Shown here: piece after piece, positions 1 to 8,174 of the stretch
Numbering within the stretch: position 1 is the first letter of the stretch
Layout of the letters: every line of letters begins with the position of its first letter
Source of the DNA: an archaeon
Lineage (GTDB): Archaea > Undinarchaeota > Undinarchaeia > Undinarchaeales > JBDRKL01
Length of the DNA stretch: 64,000 bases
Assembly: GCA_043814055.1 (NCBI GenBank)
Contig: JBDRKL010000009.1
Span: 13,141 to 77,140, forward strand
Direction: 5' to 3'
Notes under the pieces: model-generated
The model's input: the letters and a program-made list of their open reading frames with translations, nothing else
What the model was told of the DNA's origin: nothing
Databases searched by the model: none
Made by a program: the position numbers and the translations under genes

Positions 1-312
1 ACCTAGAGGCACTCTTGCCTCAATGAAGCCTATGAAGAGAGGAATTGATGAGCAGGAGCAGAATGGAGTTACTGCGCCGAATGTGGACGCGAGCAGGTTG
101 CCGGAGCCAAACCGCCTGTTAGTCACCCACTGCTTTATCTTGCCAGGGGGCAGGTAAGACCTGAAAAATCCTATTAGGAAAATCATCACGAACAAGAGCG
201 CAATGATTTTTATTGAGTCATAGATAAAAAAGTTCAGCGACTGAGCTGCCCTGGATGCAGGATCCAGATTCACAAGGCTGTACAATATCCAATCAACAAT
301 TGATTGCAGCAT
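1..312 (-). CDS. Predicted permease (COG0701/ArsP-like), N-terminal part only; runs off the window start
   Basis: Absent from the ORF track because it is truncated. Minus-strand ATG at 312 is preceded by an in-frame TAA. Translation MLQSIVDWILYSLVNL...FFIYDSIKIIALLFVMIFLIGFFRSYLPPGKIKQWV...GAVTPFCSCSSIPLFIGFIEARVPLG; the TPFCSCSSIPLF segment is typical of this permease family. Confidence 0.6.
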   Translation of the reverse strand, partial: MLQSIVDWILYSLVNLDPASRAAQSLNFFIYDSIKIIALLFVMIFLIGFFRSYLPPGKIKQWVTNRRFGSGNLLASTFGAVTPFCSCSSIPLFIGFIEARVPLG

Positions 313-411
313 TTAGCTATCCGCAGCAGGAGCAAGGCTTTTTCTTTGATTTCGCTTCAAGCTTCTTGTCCAGCTTCTCAGCTGCTCGCTTTAGGAATCC
401 TTTCTTTTTCA

Positions 412-762
412 TTAGTCAATTAGTCCTGTGCATCGCCAGTTTATCTCAGCTGTCTTGCTGTTCACGTCCACGACGCACGCCGGGCTGCAGCCGCTTAAAG
501 GCTCTGCGGGCTCAAGCTCAATCCACCAAGTGCCTGTGTTCTCGTTGCACGTGTAATCCTCCGCAAGCTCGCCTTGCGCGTAGCACTCGCTGTCAAGCGC
601 GATTATCCAGGCCTCAGAAATTGTGAGGTATTCCCCAGTCTCTGTGTCCGTGCACTTCTCCGCGCGCTCTGCCGCAAGATCCTGCTCAGTCACCAGGATG
701 CAGCCGCTGGACAGCACAACAAGGACTAGCATAAGAACTGCTATAATTTTCATAAAATTCAA
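412..762 (-). CDS. Small secreted Cys-rich protein with a lipoprotein-like signal
   Basis: Hydrophobic N-terminus ending LSSGC, with 8 further Cys. Shares an E[LI]AED[YW]xC segment with 32686..33015. Confidence 0.55.
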   Translation of the reverse strand: MNFMKIIAVLMLVLVVLSSGCILVTEQDLAAERAEKCTDTETGEYLTISEAWIIALDSECYAQGELAEDYTCNENTGTWWIELEPAEPLSGCSPACVVDVNSKTAEINWRCTGLID

Positions 763-805
763 TAAGAACTTGCCGTATTTAAGGTTTTCAAACGCCGCTC
801 ACAAC

Positions 806-1165
806 TTACTTCTTTCCGTAACCAAACACCCTGTCATAGAATTTGTGGTTTATTAAGTCCAGGACAAAGCATATGATTTCAATTTGGTCGCCTTTTATTG
901 TGTAAAGCATTCTCCAGAAATTACTCAGTTCAACTCTCCACAAATTTGTTGCGTTATATTTTGTTGGAATTTGACTTTTCTTAATGCTGTTGCCGTAAAA
1001 TGGATTCTGCTTAATCAACTCAACTTTTTGGTTTATTGACCTTAAGAGGCTGCTTTCGTCAGTATTTTCTTTCCCTTCTGCAATTTGAGCCCCGACTAGC
1101 CCGTTCAGTTTTTTGTATGCTATTTCTGCATCCCCTAAAAGTATTACTCTTGCCGGCTTGTTCAC
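806..1165 (-). CDS. RelE/ParE-like toxin (putative)
   Basis: C-terminal NLWRVELSNFWRMLYTIKGDQIEIICFVLDLINHKFYDRVF resembles the RelE/ParE core. It has a 4-bp start/stop overlap with the small upstream gene. Confidence 0.5.
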   Translation of the reverse strand: MNKPARVILLGDAEIAYKKLNGLVGAQIAEGKENTDESSLLRSINQKVELIKQNPFYGNSIKKSQIPTKYNATNLWRVELSNFWRMLYTIKGDQIEIICFVLDLINHKFYDRVFGYGKK

Positions 1166-1452
1166 AATTCTGTTCCTGCGGCGGCCATTGCTTCAAGTTC
1201 TGCCCTTGGCGTAAAGACCCAGAGGATTCCCTTTGTCCCGATGAGTATTTTTCCGCTGAGCTGGAGATAGTCCAAAATGCTCAGTAACGTATTGTGCATT
1301 ACCTGCCTTGGGAGTTTGCGCTTCAACTCGGCAACGCTCATCGTGGCTTCTGCATTTTTCAATGTTTCTTCAACCATTAGCACTGTGTTTAGCGTGGGGG
1401 AATGTTCTGGTTTTTGGATTGTTTGCTGCATTTTAGTATAAATATATACCAA
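1162..1452 (-). CDS. Putative antitoxin / small wHTH-like protein (alternative start 1431)
   Basis: 96-aa ORF translationally coupled to the RelE-like gene. A TATA-like tttatatataag lies about 25 nt upstream. Confidence 0.4.
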   Translation of the reverse strand: MVYIYTKMQQTIQKPEHSPTLNTVLMVEETLKNAEATMSVAELKRKLPRQVMHNTLLSILDYLQLSGKILIGTKGILWVFTPRAELEAMAAAGTEL

Positions 1453-1532
1453 TAAAGTATATACTTATATATAAAGCTTCCCTTGGCCGCTCGCAGAATA
1501 ATAAGCGGATTAAGAGTTTATAAATTTAATTT

Positions 1533-1546
1533 AACTCGCGCGAGTT
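1533..1546. terminator. Perfect 14-bp palindrome AACTCGCGCGAGTT just downstream of the DMT gene stop
   Basis: Read directly from the sequence; the terminator role is inferred. Confidence 0.3.
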
Positions 1547-1553
1547 TGGTGAG

Positions 1554-2462
1554 TTAAACACCGCTCACGAGTTCACTCTTCATCTTAACCACGAACGCTG
1601 CGCCGATTAAGATTAATCCTGAGCCAACGAGCTGCAGCATTGGCGCTGGCTCGCCGAACCAGTAGATTCCGGCAATGAGCGAGATTACAGGGGCGAGCAG
1701 GAGAATCATCGCGGCTTTTGAAACATTGATGAACTTCAGGCTACCAAACCAGAAGAGCACGTAGAGCGTTAAAATGCCTGTTGAAATGAACAAATTCCTC
1801 AGCTGAATTGCAGAGAGCTCAAGAATCAAGTCCCACCTGCCGAGCACAATCACAGCGCCCCATAGGACCAGCGCGCCAAAGAACATTCTGCCGAACACAA
1901 CTACGAAATTGCTCTCGCCGTCTTTCATTACCTTGCGCGCGATTATGGCTTCAACTGCCCAGAGAATTGTGCCAAGGATTATGAGCACGTCGCCGAGCCC
2001 GGGGTTCGCCCACATTGCGCCAGGCGCGATTTGGGTGTAGTAAATTGCAGCTGTGCCTGCGAGCATTGCAACGAGCGCTAGTGATTGTTTAAGGTCAAAT
2101 TTCTCGCGCAGGAACACGTATGCGAGCACTGCGACGTAGAGTGGGAGAGTCTTGTGAAGGAATGCACCGCGGCCTGAGGTTGTTAGTTGTAGACCGGAGA
2201 AGTATAATAGGAATGCTAATCCACCACCTATGACACCAATCAAAAGCAACCAGGACCACTGGGTCTGCTTGAACTTTTTAAAATCAAACTTGCACTGCGC
2301 GCTGGCGATTATGAAAAAGACCACGCCGATTATTAATGCCCGGACTGCGGTGAAAACAACTGGATCAAGCCCGACGAGAAACATCTTGTTTATCGGAATT
2401 GCGAAACCAGAGACTACTGCAGTAAGAACTGCTAATAATGTGCCCAATGCTTCCTTGTTCAT
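1554..2462 (-). CDS. EamA/DMT-family transporter
   Basis: 302 aa, about 10 TM segments in two halves, typical EamA-repeat architecture. Confidence 0.8.
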   Translation of the reverse strand: MNKEALGTLLAVLTAVVSGFAIPINKMFLVGLDPVVFTAVRALIIGVVFFIIASAQCKFDFKKFKQTQWSWLLLIGVIGGGLAFLLYFSGLQLTTSGRGAFLHKTLPLYVAVLAYVFLREKFDLKQSLALVAMLAGTAAIYYTQIAPGAMWANPGLGDVLIILGTILWAVEAIIARKVMKDGESNFVVVFGRMFFGALVLWGAVIVLGRWDLILELSAIQLRNLFISTGILTLYVLFWFGSLKFINVSKAAMILLLAPVISLIAGIYWFGEPAPMLQLVGSGLILIGAAFVVKMKSELVSGV

Positions 2463-2929
2463 TTTTGCTCACTAAGTTTTTCTATTATATAATTGTAATG
2501 CAACACAACCTTATCCCCTGATTTCGCATCCGGGCAGAACTCCTTGTTAAAGCTTTCATCAAACTCAACAACCCGAGTTTTGCATGCTTCCTTATCAAAG
2601 TCCTGCTTGAGCAGCCAGCGCTGTTCCACTGCCTCGTCGTGCCGATTTATGAAATACTCTCGAATCACTTCAGCGTCAATCTCAGCTTTGCCTAAATCAT
2701 CAGCAGCCACGCAGCACATCACTGACGCGACCTTGAAAATATCGTGGAGCTCCTGTGAAGTTGGTTCACTGGGCTCGCTAAGCTGCCCAGCGGACTGGTT
2801 GGTTAATACCCACTCGCGAAGCTCATCAATCCGCGCCTGCTTGACATCTCCGCGCCTGACCAGAGTGCTTGAGCACGGTATTGCGTATTTCAAGAAGAGT
2901 TTCTTGTCTGTAATGTCTGGTTTAACCAT
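2459..2929 (-). CDS. Hypothetical protein (start moved to MVKPD; the ORF-track start at 3055 is unlikely)
   Basis: 4-bp overlap with the DMT start. The extended N-terminus would overlap the plus-strand wHTH gene. No family recognised. Confidence 0.5.
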   Translation of the reverse strand: MVKPDITDKKLFLKYAIPCSSTLVRRGDVKQARIDELREWVLTNQSAGQLSEPSEPTSQELHDIFKVASVMCCVAADDLGKAEIDAEVIREYFINRHDEAVEQRWLLKQDFDKEACKTRVVEFDESFNKEFCPDAKSGDKVVLHYNYIIEKLSEQK

Positions 2930-2992
2930 GATACAGAATAAACTCACTTGAGTTAATAAAGGTTTATAAAAGGTGTAATCTCCAGCCATGGC

Positions 2993-3256
2993 ATGAATTA
3001 TGATAGGTATAACTGGATAAAATATCTCATATTGAGAAGAATGCTGAGGGACCATATATGGGATGGTGCATACCGACCACTGCAGAAGTTTTTAGGAAGC
3101 ATAAAAGGCCATGAAAAAGGTTTTGCGCTGGAGATTTTAAACGACCTGATTAAAGAAGGTATACTGCTGAGCCATAAAGGCAGTGCTTGCATCTCATTAT
3201 CAACGCAGAAAAAGAGAGAAATTGAGGAATTCATTGTATGGATGAAAAATGAATGA
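2993..3256 (+). CDS. Small wHTH-like protein
   Basis: GFALEILNDLIKEGILLSHKGSACISLS looks like a recognition helix plus wing. AT-rich by eye. Confidence 0.4.
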   Translation: MNYDRYNWIKYLILRRMLRDHIWDGAYRPLQKFLGSIKGHEKGFALEILNDLIKEGILLSHKGSACISLSTQKKREIEEFIVWMKNE

Positions 3257-3317
3257 TTGTATAATTTTTATACAATACTGCATAAAGTTTATATAGTACT
3301 TAAATTAAGCATTCACC

Positions 3318-3641
3318 ATGGACCAAAGCATTTTCCTAAAAGTGGTGGGGAATAACCCGGAAACAAGGGTGCTTGACTTCTTTCTAGACAACGAGATATA
3401 CGATTATTCAAAGTCTCACATAGCGAGATCAGCAAACATTTCAAGGGTAACACTTGAGCCAATTCTCAAAAGAATTCTTAAGATAGGCATTGTCAAACAA
3501 ACCAGGAATTCTGGGGCGTCCAAGATGTACCAGATTGACCGCAAAAATGAAATCGCCAAGAAACTAATTGACTTTGACATAGAACTTAGTTTTTTGTTCG
3601 CCCCTAAAATTCCTGTTGAAGTTACGGCAAAAACTAAATGA
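3318..3641 (+). CDS. Winged-helix transcriptional regulator
   Basis: TRVLDFFLDN...SKSHIARSANISRVTLEPILKRILKIGIVKQTR is a typical archaeal wHTH. Confidence 0.6.
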   Translation: MDQSIFLKVVGNNPETRVLDFFLDNEIYDYSKSHIARSANISRVTLEPILKRILKIGIVKQTRNSGASKMYQIDRKNEIAKKLIDFDIELSFLFAPKIPVEVTAKTK

Positions 3642-3795
3642 GTTTCTCAATCACATAATTCCCAAAGCACTTCACTTTGTCCCCAACTTTAACCTCAACA
3701 TAAGGAGTCCGGACTTCCTGCTGCGTTCCACCTATGTCAACTATCGCGGTCTTTTCCCTGACCTCTACAACTGTGGCTTCGAGTGATATGCACAT
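3634..3795 (-). CDS. HypC/HupF-like small protein (53 aa, below the track cutoff)
   Basis: MCISLEATVVEVREKTAIVDIGGTQQEVRTPYVEVKVGDKVKCFGNYVIEKLI. The N-terminal MC and the overall pattern resemble HypC, but it is shorter than usual and no other hyp genes are present. Confidence 0.35.
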   Translation of the reverse strand: MCISLEATVVEVREKTAIVDIGGTQQEVRTPYVEVKVGDKVKCFGNYVIEKLI

Positions 3796-3825
3796 AATAA
3801 AACAATAGCGCGGCTGCTTAATAAA

Positions 3826-4179
3826 TTAATCGAAAATATTCCTGGTTATGTCAAGAGCCACGAAAATCGGGATTATAAACAGCGCGTTGGCCAGCAGAAA
3901 GTCAGTAACCCCAGAGTCAGGAAAGCTGTAAATGGCCTTCATCATGATTAGCGCTGAAAAAGTGATTATAAGCATCAGAACGTAGCCAATCGGGTTCTTG
4001 ATACCGAACATGAGGTGAATAAACTGCGACGCGAACAATATGATTGCAAAGATAAAGAAATACATTGTAGGGAACGCCGCACTCATTAGCAGGTAAGTGA
4101 AGTAGATGCCGCTCACTATGACAGCCCCCTGTATTCCGAGGCAGAGCGGATTCATGTGCGCTTTTCTGTTTCTTAGCAT
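3826..4179 (-). CDS. Membrane protein, unknown function
   Basis: 4 predicted TM helices. Start chosen at MLRNRK, about 25 nt downstream of atctatataaattt. Confidence 0.5.
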   Translation of the reverse strand: MLRNRKAHMNPLCLGIQGAVIVSGIYFTYLLMSAAFPTMYFFIFAIILFASQFIHLMFGIKNPIGYVLMLIITFSALIMMKAIYSFPDSGVTDFLLANALFIIPIFVALDITRNIFD

Positions 4180-4262
4180 AAAGCATATATTAACAATTGT
4201 TAAATTTATATAGATTTTGAACCGCAAGCTTTAAATAGAGTTATGAATATATATTCATAACT

Positions 4263-4715
4263 ATGGTAAGGTCAAGGCGATGTAGGTGGATACAGAACGA
4301 ACCAAATGTTACATATTTCAAGCCAGCAGGAGCAAGAATATCACATAGCGAAATTATTGAACTGCAGATGGACGAATACGAGGCGCTGCGGCTTAAGCAT
4401 ATTAAAAAACTGGACCAGGAGAAAGCGGCAGAAAAGATGAACATATCACAGCCGACTTTTCACAGGCTGCTGGAGAGCGCACATGAGAAAATTACCATTG
4501 CGCTAACAAAAGGCATTGCGATAAAAATTAAAGGAGGTGATTATATGACTGAAGAAGAGAGAAAAGGAGTTGCCAAGAGGGACGGCTCTGGAGAAGGAAG
4601 GCGCGCAAACAGGGGAAGAGGTGGATGCGAGCCTCCACAGGACAAGGGAACAGATTTTGGACCAGGCAGGCGCTGCCCACGAGGGCGTGGAAGAAGGCGC
4701 GGACCGCCGGCATAG
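4263..4715 (+). CDS. DUF134 (UPF0251) DNA-binding protein fused to a DUF5320-like Gly/Arg-rich tail
   Basis: The N-terminus RRCRWIQNEPNVTYFKPAG matches the DUF134 signature and is followed by an HTH. The C-terminal RDGSGEGRRANRGRGGC is DUF5320-like. A BRE/TATA aagctttaaatag lies about 27 nt upstream, consistent with a leaderless transcript. Confidence 0.7.
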   Translation: MVRSRRCRWIQNEPNVTYFKPAGARISHSEIIELQMDEYEALRLKHIKKLDQEKAAEKMNISQPTFHRLLESAHEKITIALTKGIAIKIKGGDYMTEEERKGVAKRDGSGEGRRANRGRGGCEPPQDKGTDFGPGRRCPRGRGRRRGPPA

Positions 4716-4750
4716 AAAGGTAAATAAAAGCCGAATTCAAAAGTGAGCAG

Positions 4751-6148
4751 ATGAGAAAAGCAGCCCTTTTGGTTTTAATTCTTGCACTCAGTTTAATTAG
4801 CCCTGCTCTTGCCCAGATTGAAGAGCCACACTGCGCGGTCTACTTCACTGGAATTGGCTGCCCGCATTGTGCAAACGCAGACCCTGTTGTTTTCGGCGAG
4901 CTCCTTGACAGCTGCGACGACTTGGTCGTGATTGAGTACGAGGTGTACCAGGACAGCGGGAACGCGGGGCTCATGTTCTACTATGACCAAGAGTTCAGCA
5001 GTGGCCTCAGCATCCCGCTTTTGATATTCGGCAAGGACAATATGATTGCCGGCGACAACCCGATAATCACTGAGTGCATCGCAGGAACAAATGCAAGGCA
5101 CCAGAGAATTTGCCCTGTAATAAATGGGGAAACTGAGTTTGAGAACCTTGACATCACAAAGCTCAGCGGCAAACCGAAAATCTGGACTAGCAGCGGAATA
5201 CTTCTTAGCTACGGAGACAAGGAAGGAGATTCTGAGCTTTTAAAATCACTCGTGCTTGGCGGGGATGTTGAAACACTCCTGAACGGCGAGGACTACAAAG
5301 TGGTTGAGCCGGTTGAAGTTGAACTCTCTGGCAGTTCTGTGGAGTTTGAGAACGCTGTGCAGATTGAGGACTGGGTGTTCCAGTGGAACGCAGGAGGTGC
5401 TGAAGGGGAAACTGGAGAGATAAATGACACTGGCGGCGGAGCAGGAGAAACTAAAGACCTCTCGCTCGCAACCATTTTCGCACTTGCCGCAGTTGACGCC
5501 ATAAACCCGTGCGCGCTCGCTGTGCTCACGCTTATGCTCATCGCGATAATCACTTACAACCCGAAGCGCAGGGAGAAGATACTCCACGCAGGGCTTGCGT
5601 TCGTGTTTTCAGTTTTTGTAATGTACTTGTTCTATGGCTTGGTGATAATCCGCTTCTTCCAGCTCGTTGACGCGCTCACTTCAGTCCGCTTAATGCTTTA
5701 CACAATCCTTGGCATAGTCGCGATTGCGCTCGGCCTGCTCAACATTAAGGACTATTTCAAATACAAGCCCGGCGGGCTCGCCACAGAAATGCCGATGAAG
5801 CTCAGGCCAATGGTCAAGAAGCTTACAGAGGGCGTGACATCTGCAAAGGGCGCTGCGCTCGTTGGCGTGTTTGTTACACTCTTCCTCCTGCCATGCACAA
5901 TCGGGCCTTATGTAATCGCGGGCGGGATGCTCTCCGCGCTTGAGCTTTTAAAAACCCTGCCGTGGCTCCTGATTTACAATTTCATATTCGTCCTTCCAAT
6001 GCTCGTGATAACACTTATTATCTACAGTGGAATAAAGAAAGTTGATGACGTTTCAGAGTGGAAGGACAATAATATAAAGAAACTGCACTTAATCGCAGGT
6101 ATTGTAATGCTCCTGCTGGGCATTGGAATGATTGGAGGATTCATATAA
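4751..6148 (+). CDS. Thioredoxin-fold (CPHC) ectodomain fused to a DsbD/CcdA-type membrane thiol-disulfide transporter
   Basis: Signal peptide, FTGIGCPHC motif, then TM helices containing DAINPCAL and LLPCTIGPY (the CcdA/DsbD Cys pair). Confidence 0.75.
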   Translation: MRKAALLVLILALSLISPALAQIEEPHCAVYFTGIGCPHCANADPVVFGELLDSCDDLVVIEYEVYQDSGNAGLMFYYDQEFSSGLSIPLLIFGKDNMIAGDNPIITECIAGTNARHQRICPVINGETEFENLDITKLSGKPKIWTSSGILLSYGDKEGDSELLKSLVLGGDVETLLNGEDYKVVEPVEVELSGSSVEFENAVQIEDWVFQWNAGGAEGETGEINDTGGGAGETKDLSLATIFALAAVDAINPCALAVLTLMLIAIITYNPKRREKILHAGLAFVFSVFVMYLFYGLVIIRFFQLVDALTSVRLMLYTILGIVAIALGLLNIKDYFKYKPGGLATEMPMKLRPMVKKLTEGVTSAKGAALVGVFVTLFLLPCTIGPYVIAGGMLSALELLKTLPWLLIYNFIFVLPMLVITLIIYSGIKKVDDVSEWKDNNIKKLHLIAGIVMLLLGIGMIGGFI

Positions 6149-6161
6149 GGAGGTAAGAAAA

Positions 6162-6332
6162 ATGGGTAATAATCCAATAACATTAAGGCACGTGGCAGGC
6201 GGAATTATCGGAGTGCTTGGAATTCTATTGATAGTTATACCAGGGATATTGACAAGCTGGAGCTGGTGGAACGAGACAATCGGGGTGCTTTTGCTGCTCT
6301 CGGCGTTTTTTGTATTGATTGGCGGAAGGTAA
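6162..6332 (+). CDS. Small two-TM membrane protein
   Basis: ATG preceded by aaggaggt. Hydrophobic 56-aa product. Confidence 0.3.
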   Translation: MGNNPITLRHVAGGIIGVLGILLIVIPGILTSWSWWNETIGVLLLLSAFFVLIGGR

Positions 6333-6368
6333 TATTTCTCTCGAGCTGATTGTGGGGAATAAAACTAG

Positions 6369-8030
6369 CTAATTTCTTCGCCCGCTCTTCTCGCTCTCAA
6401 GGTCGTCGTAAACATCCTTGATTGAGACCTCATCCCAGCCGTACTTGATTAGGTGCTGGCGTATCTTTTCAGGGTGGTGGCCTTGTGCCATATAAGTTTT
6501 AACATAATTCTTTAGCCGGGTGTGCTTCTCCGAGCCGGCCTCTTTTGGAATCTTATGCTCCTTGTTGAACCTGAAAATGTCCATTGATTTGTGGAACTTC
6601 TTCCTCGCGTTCTCGTTAAGCAGAATTACTGAAAAAAATCCTAAAACCCCAACTGCTGAGAAAATTGCGATTAAAAAAACAGGGTTTAGTTCAAGCCCTG
6701 GTGGCATCGTAGTAGTGTTTGTGGTATTGTTGCTTGTGTTCTGCACTACAACCGACTCAGGTGGATTCTCTGAAACAGTAACTGCGTCAATTGTCAGTTC
6801 GCGCGAAGCGGATGTGTAATTATGAGCAGTAATATCAGAACATCGAACCCACCATTCCCAAACACCGTTTGACAACTCAACATCATCAAACTTATTGTCC
6901 GTGTCCTTTGTAATGGACTTATCAGTTTCACGGGTACTGCCATTGGTTATAAGCTCACAATAGTCTACTGAAGCGGCAGAGGTGTATACCTCATACTCAA
7001 AATCGTTCGCGCGTGAAGTGCTGCGGCTGTTGTCTGCGGGAGATGTTAGCTTGATGTCCAGGAATGTGCTAGCCAGGGCAATTGTGTTCACAGTCATCAT
7101 TCTATTATCCGCCCACCCGTGATATCCCTCGCTGTCCGTGCAGTTCACAGTCCAGTTCCAGTAGCCGTCCGCGATTGACACGTACTTGAACGCATTGTAA
7201 GAATTGTTGATTATGTTGTTATCGCTTTGGTTCACTGAACCATTTATGAGTAGCGCGCAGGATATCAGTTTGTTTGGAGAGGCTGGTGTGTAGTTGAAAG
7301 TGATTTGGCGGCTTGGGATTATAGCACCCGATATTGGACTATTGAGTGCAACAATTGGCTTAGATGACGAAGTTATTACGTCAACTAGGGACTGGCTGCT
7401 AACAGCGTAGTTGCCGCGCCTATCACTGCAATTAACATACCAGGTATAGTAACCAGATGTCAGAGTCTTTGAGAACTGGTTGGTGTTGTTATTTGAGATG
7501 GTGCTGTCATTCTCCATAAGCTCGCCGCCGATGTAAAGGAGACAGAACTCTATGCCGGTGTGCACGTCAACAGGCAGGTATGAGAAGTTGACGTTGCCGG
7601 CGCTGTTGCTCGTTATGTTCGCCGAGTTCAGCGAAATCACTGGCTTTGTTATATCCAGGTCAATGATTACGCTCCAATTTGAAGAGTACCCTATGTTATG
7701 TGTCGGCGTGGCGTTGTCCTCGCACTTCACGTACCAAGTCCAAGTACCGTTGGTGATGTTGCGGTAGAACAAGTTGTCAGTATTGTTACCAGGCGATGAC
7801 TCCCCAATTATGATATTACTGACAGAGTTGTTCGCAAAGAGAGTACAGCTTATGAATCCTGTGTCGTCAACCGGCTTGTACTTGAACGTGATATTGTCAT
7901 AATAACTTGTTGCGGCGTTCGCAGGAGCGACCAGCGTTATCACAGGAGCGTTCGCTTCATCCGCGAGCGCGCAGTGAGCAAATGCTAAAAAGAACAAGAA
8001 AGTTGTGAATAGGGCAACGGATTTTCGCAT
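6369..8030 (-). CDS. Surface glycoprotein-like protein: signal peptide, four Ig-like repeats, C-terminal TM, short cytoplasmic domain
   Basis: Four repeats of about 100 aa, each ending G-x-[WY]-x-W-x-V-x-C-x-D (TWTWYVKCED, YYTWYVNCSD, YWNWTVNCTD, VWEWWVRCSD). Many N-x-S/T sequons. The TM segment VFLIAIFSAVGVLGFFSVILL is followed by LKNYVKTYMAQGHHPEKIRQHLIKYGWDEVSIKDVYDDL. Confidence 0.7.
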   Translation of the reverse strand: MRKSVALFTTFLFFLAFAHCALADEANAPVITLVAPANAATSYYDNITFKYKPVDDTGFISCTLFANNSVSNIIIGESSPGNNTDNLFYRNITNGTWTWYVKCEDNATPTHNIGYSSNWSVIIDLDITKPVISLNSANITSNSAGNVNFSYLPVDVHTGIEFCLLYIGGELMENDSTISNNNTNQFSKTLTSGYYTWYVNCSDRRGNYAVSSQSLVDVITSSSKPIVALNSPISGAIIPSRQITFNYTPASPNKLISCALLINGSVNQSDNNIINNSYNAFKYVSIADGYWNWTVNCTDSEGYHGWADNRMMTVNTIALASTFLDIKLTSPADNSRSTSRANDFEYEVYTSAASVDYCELITNGSTRETDKSITKDTDNKFDDVELSNGVWEWWVRCSDITAHNYTSASRELTIDAVTVSENPPESVVVQNTSNNTTNTTTMPPGLELNPVFLIAIFSAVGVLGFFSVILLNENARKKFHKSMDIFRFNKEHKIPKEAGSEKHTRLKNYVKTYMAQGHHPEKIRQHLIKYGWDEVSIKDVYDDLESEKSGRRN

Positions 8031-8174
8031 AGCTAGAGTAAAGTGGGAGAATATAAAAAGGTAACGTGGCAGCGGGAAGAAGCCTTTTATTGTGTTTTAG
8101 TTCACTAAATTCACCTAGAAAAGTTAAGAAAGCTATTTAAGTCAAATTTCCCGGAGATAAGCTGAGGTGGGAAA

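Noticed and set aside
255-626. A 123-aa plus-strand ORF.
   Set aside because: It overlaps the minus-strand permease N-terminus (1..312) and the Cys-rich lipoprotein gene (412..762). Its Arg/Cys/Ser-rich translation does not look protein-like.
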